Positions 16,294 to 26,493 of a stretch of 64,000 nt of DNA are shown here, piece after piece; position 1 is the stretch's first letter; every line of letters starts with the position of its first letter. The notes beneath the pieces were generated by a model. It was not told where the DNA came from. It saw only the letters and a program-made list of their open reading frames with translations, and searched no databases. The stretch comes from an uncultured Gammaproteobacteria bacterium (GTDB lineage Bacteria; Pseudomonadota; Gammaproteobacteria; UBA9214), in NCBI GenBank assembly GCA_963763115.1, contig CAVXNM010000027.1:70703-134702 (forward strand). The letters run 5' to 3'. A program made the translations under genes and the position numbers.

Positions 16294-16752
16294 ATGCAAC
16301 TCGACAAGCCGCTCCGGACAGCATCCGGAAAAAGACCCGGATCAGGGGATGCCACCTGCACAGAGCCGTGTGTGACGGGTAGGCTGTCACAATCGCTTGC
16401 GCTACTGATGCTCGGCGGAATTCTCGGCGTTGGCGGTGCCTTGGGAACGGCAAATGCCACACAGTTCAACCCGCCCGGGCTGGATGGTTACAGCCTGAGC
16501 GATGAACACGATGCCGATGGCGATGGCGATGGCGTCAAGGAGACGCATGTCCAGCAGTATTTCAACTCGAACGGTGATAGCATCTACAGCATGACCACCA
16601 ATGGCCATCTGTGGGCCTGGAGTCTGGAGACGAAGGGTGTATCGACCAGCGGACCGATGAACTACGTCATACGCGACAGCGATTGCGACGGCGTGTTCGA
16701 CGAGGTCTACAGTCTGGAGGACAAGTATTACCTCCCCGACTGCGTCAAGTAG
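16294..16752 (+). CDS. Hypothetical secreted or membrane-anchored protein with an acidic DADGDGDG motif
   Basis: RBS AGGAGG 5 nt before ATG 16294, a hydrophobic segment LALLMLGGILGVGGALGTANA, and coding-like composition. I recognise no family. Confidence 0.55.
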   Translation: MQLDKPLRTASGKRPGSGDATCTEPCVTGRLSQSLALLMLGGILGVGGALGTANATQFNPPGLDGYSLSDEHDADGDGDGVKETHVQQYFNSNGDSIYSMTTNGHLWAWSLETKGVSTSGPMNYVIRDSDCDGVFDEVYSLEDKYYLPDCVK

Positions 16753-16839
16753 TGGTGCCGAGAAGAGGACTTGAACCTCCACGGGGTTACCCCCACTAGC
16801 ACCTGAAGCTAGCGCGTCTACCAATTCCGCCATCTCGGC
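16753..16839 (-). tRNA. tRNA-Leu (anticodon CAG)
   Basis: The reverse complement GCCGAGATGGCGGAATTGGTAGACGCGCTAGCTTCAGGTGCTAGT...GAGGTTCAAGTCCTCTTCTCGGCACCA folds as a class II tRNA. Anticodon loop is TTCAGGT and CCA is encoded. Confidence 0.93.
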
Positions 16840-16945
16840 CGTGCAGCCGCGAACTCTACCCGCAGATATTGTGCTTGTCAATTTGCGGCTGGCGGGCACA
16901 CTTTAGCCTTCATTTAGCCTTCATAAAGAGTAAAATGCCGGTCCC

Positions 16946-19207
16946 ATGAAAAAAAAACAGAAATCCGGCGCCCATGGACAGCAACAGCACGATCCGCAGG
17001 CGCAGCGCGAGGCGAGACGCTACGAAAAACCGATCGCCAGCCGCGAATTCATTCTGCAGATCATCACCGAAGCGGACCATCCGATCGATCAGGATGCCCT
17101 GGCCGGGGTGCTCGGCCTGCATGATGAGGAAGCCCGTGAGGCCCTGCGCCGCCGCCTGAAGGCGATGGTCCGCGATGGCCAGCTGGTACGCAACCGGCGC
17201 GACTGCTACGCCCTGGCCGACCAGTTCAATCTGATACCGGGCCGGGTCATCACTCACCCGGACGGCTTCGGTTTCCTGGTGCCGGATGCCGGCGGCGAGG
17301 ACGTGTACCTGTCCGCGCGCACCATGAACGCCGTGTTTCACAACGACCGGGTGATGGTGCGCATCACCGGCAAGGACCGCCGCGGCCGCCTCGAAGGCGA
17401 TGTGGTCGAGGTGCTGCAACGCAATACCCACCGCGTGGTCGGACGCTTCCATCGCGAGAGCGGCGTCAGTTTTGTGGTGCCCGACAACAAGCGTATCACG
17501 CACGATATCGCGGTGCCGGAGCAGCAGAGCGGCGGAGCGGTGAACGGGCAGATCGTCACCGTGGAAATCATTGACCAGCCGGCGAAGCGTGCCCGTCCGG
17601 TGGGTCGTGTCGTCGAGGTGCTGGGCGAGCACATGGCCCCGGGGATGGAGATCGATATCGCGATCCGCAGTTATGATATTCCCGAGGCGTGGCCGGAGGC
17701 CGTTACCGATGAGATCCAGGCGTACGGGACCGGAGTGGCCGAGGCCGACAAGGCGGGACGCACCGACCTGCGCGGTCTGCCGCTGGTGACCATCGACGGC
17801 GAGGATGCACGCGACTTCGACGATGCCGTGTACTGCGAACGCACACACTCTGGCTGGCGCCTGATCGTGGCCATCGCCGATGTTTCGCACTATGTGCAGC
17901 CCGGCACGGCGCTCGACCGGGAGGCGGAAACCCGCGGAAATTCCGTGTATTTCCCGGAGCGGGTGATTCCGATGCTGCCGGAGGTGCTCTCCAACGGCCT
18001 GTGTTCTCTCAATCCCGAGGTCGACCGCCTGTGCATGGTCTGCGAGATGATGATCAGCCAGGAAGGAAAGATCACCCGTTCGCGCTTCCTCGAGGCTGTT
18101 ATGCGCTCGCAGGCGCGGCTGACCTATACCGAGGCGGCCGCTATCGTCGTGGAGAATGACAAGACGGCACGCAGCCGCTGTAAGCCGCTGGTGCCGCATC
18201 TCGAGGAACTGTACCGGCTCTACCAGGTGCTGCGCGCGGCGCGCGAGGCGCGTGGCGCCATCGACTTCGAGTCCACCGAGACCCGTATCGTATTCGGTGC
18301 CGAACGCAAGATCGAACGCATCGTGCCGCTGGTGCGCAATGACGCCCACAAGCTGATCGAGGAATGCATGATCGCCGCGAACGTGGCGTCCGCGCGTTTT
18401 CTGGTCAGACACAGGATGCCGACCCTGTTTCGCGTGCACGGGACACCGGATGCGGAGAAGGTCGAGGAGGTGCGTGAGTTTCTCAAGGAACTCGGACTGT
18501 CGCTTTCGCGCAGCAAGAAACCGGCGGCCAAGGATTACGCCAGCCTGCTGGGCAAGGTGCGCGGCCGTCCGGATGAACACCTGATCAATACCGTGCTGCT
18601 GCGCTCGCTGCCGCGCGCCGAGTACAGCCCGCACAATATCGGCCATTTCGGGCTGGCGCATGAAAAGTATCTGCACTTCACCTCGCCGATCCGGCGTTAT
18701 CCCGACCTGCTGGTGCACCGGGCCATTCGTCACGTGCTGGCGGGCGGGAAGGCTGAGGAGTTCGCCTACGACAACGCCAATATGCAGGTCTTCGGCGATC
18801 AGTGCTCGCTGACGGAACGGCGCGCCGATGATGCCACCCGCGACGCGGTCGACTGGCTGAAATGCGAATACATGCTCGACAAGATTGGTGAAACCTACGC
18901 GGGCATTATCAGCAGCGTGACCTCGTTCGGGATCTTCGTCGAATTGCAGGCGATCTACGTCGAGGGTCTGGTGCATGTCACGGCGCTGGGTAACGACTAT
19001 TACCGCTACGACCCGGCCAGGCATCGCCTGCTCGGGGATCGTACCAACCAGATCTACCGTCTCGGTGACCTGGTCACCATCAAGGTAGTCCAGGTGAACC
19101 TCGACGAGCGCAAGATCGATTTCGAGCTGGTGCAGAAACAATCGGTCCTGGACAAGCGCAGAAGCCGGGGCAAGGGAACATCCTCGTCCCGCCGCCGGCG
19201 GCGATGA
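16946..19207 (+). CDS. rnr: Ribonuclease R
   Basis: 753 aa with cold-shock-like domains, an RNB catalytic domain (ITIDGEDARDFDDAV), an S1 domain (GIISSVTSFGIFVEL) and a basic C-terminal tail. Confidence 0.93.
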   Translation: MKKKQKSGAHGQQQHDPQAQREARRYEKPIASREFILQIITEADHPIDQDALAGVLGLHDEEAREALRRRLKAMVRDGQLVRNRRDCYALADQFNLIPGRVITHPDGFGFLVPDAGGEDVYLSARTMNAVFHNDRVMVRITGKDRRGRLEGDVVEVLQRNTHRVVGRFHRESGVSFVVPDNKRITHDIAVPEQQSGGAVNGQIVTVEIIDQPAKRARPVGRVVEVLGEHMAPGMEIDIAIRSYDIPEAWPEAVTDEIQAYGTGVAEADKAGRTDLRGLPLVTIDGEDARDFDDAVYCERTHSGWRLIVAIADVSHYVQPGTALDREAETRGNSVYFPERVIPMLPEVLSNGLCSLNPEVDRLCMVCEMMISQEGKITRSRFLEAVMRSQARLTYTEAAAIVVENDKTARSRCKPLVPHLEELYRLYQVLRAAREARGAIDFESTETRIVFGAERKIERIVPLVRNDAHKLIEECMIAANVASARFLVRHRMPTLFRVHGTPDAEKVEEVREFLKELGLSLSRSKKPAAKDYASLLGKVRGRPDEHLINTVLLRSLPRAEYSPHNIGHFGLAHEKYLHFTSPIRRYPDLLVHRAIRHVLAGGKAEEFAYDNANMQVFGDQCSLTERRADDATRDAVDWLKCEYMLDKIGETYAGIISSVTSFGIFVELQAIYVEGLVHVTALGNDYYRYDPARHRLLGDRTNQIYRLGDLVTIKVVQVNLDERKIDFELVQKQSVLDKRRSRGKGTSSSRRRRR

Positions 19208-19256
19208 CGCCACCGGGAGAGCCTGGCCGACGGAAGCGCGCCGGGTGTGTCGATCC

Positions 19257-20006
19257 ATGACGCATACGGACCACGCCTATGGCCTGCATTCGGTCGAGGG
19301 CCTGATTTCGGCAAACCCGGAACAGGTCCGCCTGATCACGGTTGCCGCCGGCCGGCATGACCGGCGATTGGCGGGTCTGGTCGCCGCGGCAGAATCGCGA
19401 GGCATTGCGGTACGCAGTCTGCCCGGAGCGGAACTCGACCGGCTGCTGCCCGGGGTGCGCCATCAGGGTGTTGTCGCAACACTCGTCCCGCAGTCCACTG
19501 AAAGTTTTCGCGAGCAGGACCTGCCTGAGTTTCTGGCCGGACTCGCCGGGCCGCCCTTCCTGCTGATCCTCGACGGCATTCAGGACCCGCACAATCTGGG
19601 CGCCTGTCTGCGCACCGCGGATGCGGCGGGCGTGCAGGCCGTGATCGTGCCGCGCGATCGAGCCGCCGGGATCACCCCGGTGGTGCGCAAGGTCGCCTGC
19701 GGAGCGGCCGAGACAGTCCCGGTGTTCACGGTGACCAACCTGGCGCGCAGCCTGAGGACACTCAAGGAGGCCGGCGTGTGGATCTTCGGAGCCAGCGATG
19801 ATGCCGACAGGACCCTCTACGACGCCGACCTGCGCGGTCCGCTGGCGCTGGTGCTGGGCGGCGAGGGAAAAGGACTGCGGCGGCTGACGCGCGAACTATG
19901 CGATTTCCTGGTGGTGATCCCCATGGCTGGACGGGTGGAAAGCCTCAATGTGTCGGTTGCGGCAGGTGTCCTGTTGTTCGAGGCGCGCCGCCAGCGCGGC
20001 GGCTGA
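19257..20006 (+). CDS. rlmB: 23S rRNA (guanosine-2'-O)-methyltransferase RlmB (SpoU family)
   Basis: 'YGLHSVEGLI' N-terminus and SpoU motifs 'ILDGIQDPHNLGACLRTADAAG' and 'IPMAGRVESLNVSVAAG'. Conserved rnr-rlmB pairing. Confidence 0.9.
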   Translation: MTHTDHAYGLHSVEGLISANPEQVRLITVAAGRHDRRLAGLVAAAESRGIAVRSLPGAELDRLLPGVRHQGVVATLVPQSTESFREQDLPEFLAGLAGPPFLLILDGIQDPHNLGACLRTADAAGVQAVIVPRDRAAGITPVVRKVACGAAETVPVFTVTNLARSLRTLKEAGVWIFGASDDADRTLYDADLRGPLALVLGGEGKGLRRLTRELCDFLVVIPMAGRVESLNVSVAAGVLLFEARRQRGG

Positions 20007-20072
20007 TATTGCATCCGCGAAGCGCCTCACGTACAATCCGCCGGCTTACAACAAACCGATTTTCAACTCCTT

Positions 20073-20094
20073 GCCTTTCACCCTGACGAAAGGC
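20073..20094 (+). promoter_or_regulatory. Hairpin in the rpsF 5' leader (possible S6:S18 autoregulatory element)
   Basis: 'gcctttc accctgac gaaaggc' lies 23 nt upstream of the rpsF ATG. The function is inferred from the known rpsF leader motif only. Confidence 0.3.
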
Positions 20095-20116
20095 TGTCAA
20101 TCCATAAGGGGTCTTC

Positions 20117-20545
20117 ATGAGACATTACGAAGTAGTGTTTCTGGTCCACCCTGACCAGAGCGAGCAGGTGCCTGCCATGATCGAGCGTTATCGCGCGACC
20201 ATCGAGTCGGGCAGCGGCACGATCCATCGACTGGAAGACTGGGGGCGACGCCAACTTGCCTATCCGATCCAGAAAATTCACAAGGCGCACTACGTGCTGA
20301 TGAATATCGAGTGCGGCACCGACACGCTCGAGGAACTGACCAGTGCATTCCGCTTCAATGACGCGGTGTTGCGCCATATGTTAATCACCCGAAAGGAAGC
20401 CGTCACCGAGCCTTCTCCGCTGATGAAAAGACCGGAGGAGCGGCGCGAGCGCAGCGCGCGCGAAGATGGTGATGCCACGGAGCTGGCGGAAGAGGGAAAC
20501 GAGGAGACGGAGTCGGAAGATGCCGGCGCCGAGGACAGTGCATAA
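20117..20545 (+). CDS. rpsF: 30S ribosomal protein S6
   Basis: [25 protein letters not shown]... with an acidic C-terminal tail. Confidence 0.97.
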   Translation: MRHYEVVFLVHPDQSEQVPAMIERYRATIESGSGTIHRLEDWGRRQLAYPIQKIHKAHYVLMNIECGTDTLEELTSAFRFNDAVLRHMLITRKEAVTEPSPLMKRPEERRERSAREDGDATELAEEGNEETESEDAGAEDSA

Positions 20546-20622
20546 GGCACAGTTGCATTTCTGCAAGATTGCACCGCGAATTCTGACCCGTTCACTTACA
20601 AGATTTTGACAAGGTATTCACT

Positions 20623-20847
20623 ATGGCCCGTTATTTCCGTCGTCGAAAGTTCTGCAAGTTTACCGCCGAAGGCATCGAGGAAATCGATTACAAGGACATC
20701 AATCTGCTGAGGCAGTACGTTACCGAAACCGGCAAGATTGTGCCCAGCCGCATTACCGGCACCAAGGCGAAGTACCAGCGCCAGTTGTCAACGGCGATCA
20801 AGCGTGCGCGCTACCTGTCGCTGTTGCCATACTGCGACGCTCACTGA
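20623..20847 (+). CDS. rpsR: 30S ribosomal protein S18
   Basis: [46 protein letters not shown]... Confidence 0.97.
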   Translation: MARYFRRRKFCKFTAEGIEEIDYKDINLLRQYVTETGKIVPSRITGTKAKYQRQLSTAIKRARYLSLLPYCDAH

Positions 20848-20905
20848 GCGGATTAATCCGGCACAGCATTTTTTCTGACTGTGTCCTGACCAGAGTGCTC
20901 AGGGT

Positions 20906-21832
20906 ATGAAGGCACTGGCTGGTTTTATTGTCAGCGGTCGCTTCCAGGCGATCCTGTCGGCGTCGTTATGCGGGATGCTGGCGTTCGTTCTGCCGCCCTT
21001 CAGTACGCTGACGAACTATCTGGGCGCGGCAGTCGTGTCACTGGTAACCCTGCGTATCGGTGTGTCGCAAGGGCTGCTGGTTATGGTGGCCGCCACGGTG
21101 GTCACCATGCTGTTTTACCGGCTCATGGGCGTGCCGCCGGCAACAATCGCCGTCACGGTGCTGCTGCTGTGGGTGCCCTGCTGGGTGATCAGTCTGGTGT
21201 TGAGGCGTACGGTGAGCCTGGCGGGCGCCCTGCTCGCGGCGGCCGTGATCGGTCTCGTGGCGCTGGCTCTGATCTATGCGGTGGCGGGTGACCCTGCGCC
21301 GTGGTGGTATGAGCACCTGTTGCAGATCCGGTCGGTGCTGGAAGAAGCGGGGCTGTTTCCGCAAGGCGTATCGGTAGACACGTTGCTGCAGGACCTCTCC
21401 CGCCTGATGACGGGCGTGGTCGTCGCCTCACTGGCGCTCGGTGCGGTGTGCAGTCTGCTGGTGGGACGCTGGTGGCAGGCACTGCTGGTCAATCCGGGCG
21501 GGCTGCACAGCGAATTCTGCGGTTTGCGTTTTCCGCAGTCGACGGGATTGATAGTGCTGGGCCTGATGATCGTTACCCAGTTCATCCGGGGTCCGGCAAG
21601 CGATATGTCTGCACAGGGTGTCCTGGTGATGCTGGTGCCCTATCTGTTTGCCGGCCTGGCGGTGTTGCACGGCCTGGTGGCGCGGCACGGTCGCGGCAAG
21701 GGCTGGCTGATTGCGGTCTATGCGCTGCTTGGCATTATTCCGCAAACGGCGCTGCTGCTGTCCGGGCTCGGACTGGTCGATACCTGGGTTGATTTTCGCC
21801 GGCGTTTGGGCGGTGGCAAGCCGGAACAATGA
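20906..21832 (+). CDS. Polytopic membrane protein (DUF2232/YybS-like) between rpsR and rplI
   Basis: 308 aa with about 8 hydrophobic helices. The position upstream of rplI matches the conserved YybS-type placement. Confidence 0.65.
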   Translation: MKALAGFIVSGRFQAILSASLCGMLAFVLPPFSTLTNYLGAAVVSLVTLRIGVSQGLLVMVAATVVTMLFYRLMGVPPATIAVTVLLLWVPCWVISLVLRRTVSLAGALLAAAVIGLVALALIYAVAGDPAPWWYEHLLQIRSVLEEAGLFPQGVSVDTLLQDLSRLMTGVVVASLALGAVCSLLVGRWWQALLVNPGGLHSEFCGLRFPQSTGLIVLGLMIVTQFIRGPASDMSAQGVLVMLVPYLFAGLAVLHGLVARHGRGKGWLIAVYALLGIIPQTALLLSGLGLVDTWVDFRRRLGGGKPEQ

Positions 21833-21860
21833 ATTAAGCTATAAGCTGGAGGTTGTAACG

Positions 21861-22307
21861 ATGGAAGTCATATTGCTTGAAAAAATAGAACACCTGGGCG
21901 TCATGGGTGACCGCGTCAAGGTGAAACCCGGTTATGGTCGTAATTTCCTGATCCCGAAGGGCAAGGCAGCGGCGGCCACGGCGGAGAATATTGCCACGTT
22001 CGAGGCGCGCCGGGCGGAACTGGTACAGGCCGCGGCCGAGGCTCTCGCTGCGGCGCAGGCGCGTCGCGACCAGTTTGCCGGTCTGATCATCAGGCTGTCC
22101 GCCAAGGCCGGAGATGAAGGCAAGCTGTTCGGTTCGGTCGGCACGGTGGATATCGCGCACGCCATTAGCGCTGCCGGCGTCCCGGTTGAACGTCATGAAA
22201 TCCGCCTGCCCAATGGTCCGCTGCGCCAGGTGGGCGAACATGATGTGCACCTGCACCTGCACAGTGACGTCAATGTCGAAATAAAACTTGTCGTTGAAGC
22301 GGAATAA
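21861..22307 (+). CDS. rplI: 50S ribosomal protein L9
   Basis: [44 protein letters not shown] 8 nt upstream. Confidence 0.97.
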   Translation: MEVILLEKIEHLGVMGDRVKVKPGYGRNFLIPKGKAAAATAENIATFEARRAELVQAAAEALAAAQARRDQFAGLIIRLSAKAGDEGKLFGSVGTVDIAHAISAAGVPVERHEIRLPNGPLRQVGEHDVHLHLHSDVNVEIKLVVEAE

Positions 22308-22357
22308 TCAAACGCTTTCTCAATCAGTCAGAGCAAGCTGTTGATACGAGTAGCCAA

Positions 22358-22388
22358 CGGGCAGTCGCAATGACTGCCCTTTTTTTTG
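22358..22388 (+). terminator. Rho-independent terminator after rplI
   Basis: 'gggcagtc gcaat gactgccc' followed by T9. Confidence 0.85.
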
Positions 22389-22606
22389 GTGCAGGGATGG
22401 CCGCTTCGGACTGCCTGTCCTCCCTCGGTTCTTGCACCTCCATATGTAACGTCCTGTGCTCCGCGACACTCGAACTTCCTGTACGTTGTTGCGAACGCAT
22501 AAAGCTCATCCGAATACAAGATGTTCTTCGCCATGTGTTTGTGCTATTAATGCGCTCGGGGATAGCAGTACACAAACACATACTATAAACAGAGAACGTT
22601 CATTTC

Positions 22607-24004
22607 ATGGCTGAATCGCTACGTTCCGCTGATGTAATACGCGCCGATACCGATGTCCTGAAAGTCCCGCCGCATTCGCTGCAGGCGGAGCAGGCCGTAC
22701 TGGGCGGGTTGATGCTCGACAACACCGCCTGGGACAGGGTTGCGGACCATGTCATCGAAGAGGATTTCTACCGCCGCGATCACCGCCTGATATTCCGCGC
22801 CATCGCCGAGCTGGCCGACCGCAGCAGCCCGTTCGATGCCGTCACACTCTCGGAATGGCTGGGGCAGCACAAGCTACTGGAAGACGTGGGCGGTCTCGCC
22901 ACCCTGGGCGCCCTGGTGCAGGGCACGCCGAGCGCGGCAAACATCCAGGCCTATGCCGATATCGTCCGCGAACATTCCGTGCTGCGGCAGTTGATCTCGG
23001 TGGGCAACGAAATCGCCGGCAGCGCCTTTGTCACCGACGGCCGCAGTTCGGGTGAGCTGCTGGAACATGCCGAGCAGCGGGTCTTCCAGATCGCCGAACG
23101 CGGCAAGCGCGGTCAGCGCGGCTTTCGCAGTATACGCAGCCTGCTCGGTGCGGCTGTTGACCGCATCGACAAGCTGTTCCAGCAGGACGAGCCGCTCACC
23201 GGCGTTTCCACCGGCTTTTCCGACCTGGACGAGATGACGGCCGGACTGCAGCCCTCCGACCTCATCATCGTGGCCGGGCGACCCTCCATGGGCAAAACCA
23301 CCCTGGCAATGAACTTCGCCGAGAATGCCGCCATCCGGCACAAGGTGCCGGTGGCCATCTTCAGCATGGAAATGCCGGGCGAACAACTCGCCCTGCGCAT
23401 GATGTCTTCGCTGGGCCACATCGACCAGCACAAGATCCGCACCGGCAAGCTGGACGATGATGACTGGCCGCGTCTGACCTCGGCAGTCAGCCTGCTTGAT
23501 TCCGCGCCGCTGTTCATCGACGACACGCCGGCCCTGTCGCCGACCGAAATGCGTGCGCGTGCCCGGCGTCTCAAACGCGAGCACGATATTGGCATGATCG
23601 TTATCGACTACCTGCAACTCATGCAGGTTCCCGGGACGCGTGAAAACCGGACCACGGAAATCTCGGAGATATCGCGCAATCTCAAGGCGCTGGCCAAGGA
23701 ACTGGAGGTGCCGGTGGTGGCGCTCTCGCAGCTCAATCGCGGCCTCGAGCAGCGCACCGACAAGCGCCCGGTCATGTCCGACCTGCGCGAGTCCGGGGCC
23801 ATCGAGCAGGATGCCGACCTCATCCTGTTCATCTACCGCGATGAGGTTTATCACGAGGACAGCCCGCGCAAGGGCATCGCCGAGATCATCATCGGCAAGC
23901 AGCGCAACGGCCCCATCGGCACACGGCATCTTACGTTCCGCGGCCAGTTTACACGGTTCGAGAATTTCGCCGACGATGTCTACACCGGTGGTGAGTTTGG
24001 ATGA
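22607..24004 (+). CDS. dnaB: Replicative DNA helicase DnaB
   Basis: 'PPHSLQAEQAVLGGLMLDN' N-terminus, Walker A GRPSMGKTT, 'VIDYLQLM', 'ALSQLNRGLEQRTDKRP'. Confidence 0.97.
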   Translation: MAESLRSADVIRADTDVLKVPPHSLQAEQAVLGGLMLDNTAWDRVADHVIEEDFYRRDHRLIFRAIAELADRSSPFDAVTLSEWLGQHKLLEDVGGLATLGALVQGTPSAANIQAYADIVREHSVLRQLISVGNEIAGSAFVTDGRSSGELLEHAEQRVFQIAERGKRGQRGFRSIRSLLGAAVDRIDKLFQQDEPLTGVSTGFSDLDEMTAGLQPSDLIIVAGRPSMGKTTLAMNFAENAAIRHKVPVAIFSMEMPGEQLALRMMSSLGHIDQHKIRTGKLDDDDWPRLTSAVSLLDSAPLFIDDTPALSPTEMRARARRLKREHDIGMIVIDYLQLMQVPGTRENRTTEISEISRNLKALAKELEVPVVALSQLNRGLEQRTDKRPVMSDLRESGAIEQDADLILFIYRDEVYHEDSPRKGIAEIIIGKQRNGPIGTRHLTFRGQFTRFENFADDVYTGGEFG

Positions 24005-25077
24005 CACGCCCTGTGCGGGCGCGCATCGACCTGCCAGCCCTCCAGCATAACTTCGAGCGCGTCAGACAATGCGCCCCGGCCAGCCGGATCATGGCCGTCG
24101 TCAAGGCGCATGCCTATGGCCATGGACTGATATTCGCCGCGCGGGCCCTTCCGGGGGCCGATGCCTTCGGCGTCGTGTCCATGGACGAGGCGATCTCCCT
24201 GCGTGAAGCCGGGTTCGACCGGCGCATCGTGCTGCTGGAAGGTCTCTATGGCGCGGACGAGACCGGCCCCGCCGACGGTTACCGCGTCGATGTCGTCATT
24301 CATCACGCCGGACAGATCGGTTTCCTCGAACAGGTACGCTCAGAGCGACCACTGGATGTCTGGCTCAAGATCGATACCGGCATGCACCGCCTGGGCTTCG
24401 AACCGGGCGTTGTCCCCGCTGTTGTGGAACGCTTGCGACGCACCGGACAGGTGGGTGATATCCGGTTCCTCTCGCATTTCTGCTGCGCCGATGAGGCGAG
24501 CGCCGATCACACCCCGCGCCAGCACCGGCTTTTCCTGCAGTCGATCGAAGGCCTGGCGGGGGAGCGTTCGCTCGCCAATTCCGCCGCCGTGCTGTCCTGG
24601 CCCGACACTCACCTCGAGTGGGTGCGTCCCGGGGTCATGCTCTACGGCAGCTCGCCGCTGCAGCACGCCTCCGCCGCCGATCTCGGCCTGCGGCCGGTGA
24701 TGACGCTGGGTACGCAACTGATCGCCGTGGCGCAGCGCCGGCAGGGCGATCCCGTGGGATACGGCGCCGCCTGGGAATGTCCGGAGGCAATGCCGGTCGG
24801 TATTGCGGCGATCGGCTACGGGGACGGGTATCCGCGCCATGCCCCGAGCGGGACGCCGGTGCTGGTCAACGGCCGGCGGGCCGCGCTTGCCGGGCGCGTA
24901 TCCATGGACATGATCGGCATCGATCTGCGCGGACATCCCGAAGCACGTGTCGGTGATCCCGTCACCCTGTGGGGTGAGGGGCTGCCTGTCGATGAAGTCG
25001 CCTCTGCGGCCGGCACGATTTCCTACGAATTGTTCTGCGGCGTGAACAGACGGGTGCTTTTCGAATATGTCGAATGA
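24001..25077 (+). CDS. alr: Alanine racemase
   Basis: PLP-lysine motif 'AVVKAHAYGHG' and C-terminal 'ISYELFCGVNRRV'. Overlaps the dnaB stop by 4 nt. Confidence 0.93.
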   Translation: MTRPVRARIDLPALQHNFERVRQCAPASRIMAVVKAHAYGHGLIFAARALPGADAFGVVSMDEAISLREAGFDRRIVLLEGLYGADETGPADGYRVDVVIHHAGQIGFLEQVRSERPLDVWLKIDTGMHRLGFEPGVVPAVVERLRRTGQVGDIRFLSHFCCADEASADHTPRQHRLFLQSIEGLAGERSLANSAAVLSWPDTHLEWVRPGVMLYGSSPLQHASAADLGLRPVMTLGTQLIAVAQRRQGDPVGYGAAWECPEAMPVGIAAIGYGDGYPRHAPSGTPVLVNGRRAALAGRVSMDMIGIDLRGHPEARVGDPVTLWGEGLPVDEVASAAGTISYELFCGVNRRVLFEYVE

Positions 25078-25122
25078 GCCGCTGGTCGATTCCGGGTGCG
25101 CTCCGGTGCACAGGTCCGGCTG

Positions 25123-26493
25123 ATGGCAAAAACAAAATCGGTTTATGCCTGCAGCGCCTGCGGTGCGCAGTTCCCCCAGTGGGCCGGTCAGTGCGGCGAC
25201 TGCGGCGCCTGGAACACGCTCGCCGAGGTGAGCGCCCTGGCGCCGCAGCGCAGCGGACGCTTCGCCGGCTTTGCCGGTGATGCCGGTGTCAGTGTGACGC
25301 GCCTCTCGGCAGTCAGACCGGAATCCGGCACGCGGACCTCGGTTGGCCTGCTGGAGCTCGACCGCGTACTGGGCGGCGGGCTGGTCACGGGCTCCGTGGT
25401 GTTGATCGGCGGCGATCCGGGAATCGGCAAGTCCACGCTGCTGCTGCAGGTGCTCTCCACCCTGTCCGCCGACATGAACTCTCTCTATGTGACAGGCGAG
25501 GAGTCGCCGGAACAGATCTCCCTGCGCGCCGCCCGTCTCGGCATCAAGGGCGACAATGTGCAGCTGGTCTCGGAAACGTCGGTAGAACGGATTATCGACA
25601 CGGCAGGCCGGGAAAAACCTCAGGTCATGGTGCTGGATTCGATCCAGACACTCTATACCGAGGCCCTGCAATCGGCGCCGGGCTCGGTCGCGCAGGTCCG
25701 GGAAAGTGCCGCGCAGCTGGTGCGTTTCGCCAAGCAGACCGGCACCGCCATGTTCCTGGTCGGCCATGTTACCAAGGAAGGCATGCTGGCGGGGCCGCGG
25801 GTGCTTGAGCACATGGTGGACACCGTGCTGTATTTCGAGGGTGATCCGGGCGAACGCTACCGGATACTGCGTGCCATCAAGAACCGCTTCGGCGCCGTCA
25901 ATGAAATCGGCGTGTTCGCCATGACGGAGGGGGGACTGCGGGAGGTACGCAACCCGTCCGCCATCTTCCTGTCACGCCACCCGGAGGCTGTGCCCGGTAG
26001 CGTGGTAATGGTGACCTGGGAGGGAACCCGGCCGCTGCTGGTGGAGGTCCAGGCGCTGGTGGACCAGAGCCAGCTCGGCACGCCGCGTCGGGTGACGCTG
26101 GGCATGGAGCAGAACCGGCTTTCCATGCTGCTGGCGGTGTTGCATCGCCATGGCGGACTGCTGACCGGGGACCAGGATGTCTTCGTCAATGTCGTCGGCG
26201 GGGTACGCGTCTGCGAAACCGCAGCCGATGTGGCCGTGTTGCTGGCGGTGGTGTCCAGTTTCCGCAATCAGCCGCTGCCGCGGGAACTTGTCGTATTCGG
26301 GGAAATCGGTCTTTCCGGCGAGCTCAGGCCCGTGCCGAATGGTCAGGAGCGACTCCAGGAAGCAGCCAAGCACGGCTTTCACCGGGCTATCATTCCCGCC
26401 GCCAACAAGCCGAAGCAGCCGGTTCAGGGCCTGGAGGTCATGGCTGTCGAACGTCTCGCGCAGGTGCTGGACGTGTTATCAGGAGAGATCTGA
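25123..26493 (+). CDS. radA: DNA repair protein RadA/Sms
   Basis: Zn-ribbon CSACGAQFPQWAGQCGDCGAWN, Walker A GDPGIGKST, KNRFG motif, Lon-like C-terminus. Start at ATG 25123 (MAKTKSVYAC). Confidence 0.95.
   Translation: MAKTKSVYACSACGAQFPQWAGQCGDCGAWNTLAEVSALAPQRSGRFAGFAGDAGVSVTRLSAVRPESGTRTSVGLLELDRVLGGGLVTGSVVLIGGDPGIGKSTLLLQVLSTLSADMNSLYVTGEESPEQISLRAARLGIKGDNVQLVSETSVERIIDTAGREKPQVMVLDSIQTLYTEALQSAPGSVAQVRESAAQLVRFAKQTGTAMFLVGHVTKEGMLAGPRVLEHMVDTVLYFEGDPGERYRILRAIKNRFGAVNEIGVFAMTEGGLREVRNPSAIFLSRHPEAVPGSVVMVTWEGTRPLLVEVQALVDQSQLGTPRRVTLGMEQNRLSMLLAVLHRHGGLLTGDQDVFVNVVGGVRVCETAADVAVLLAVVSSFRNQPLPRELVVFGEIGLSGELRPVPNGQERLQEAAKHGFHRAIIPAANKPKQPVQGLEVMAVERLAQVLDVLSGEI

Noticed and set aside
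16910-19258. 782 aa minus-strand ORF opposite rnr
   Set aside because: It is a shadow ORF. RNase R on the plus strand has clear RNB and S1 signatures.
22874-25812. Long minus-strand ORFs 22874..24007 and 24340..25812
   Set aside because: They are antisense to dnaB, alr and radA, cross gene boundaries of well-supported genes, and have no motifs.
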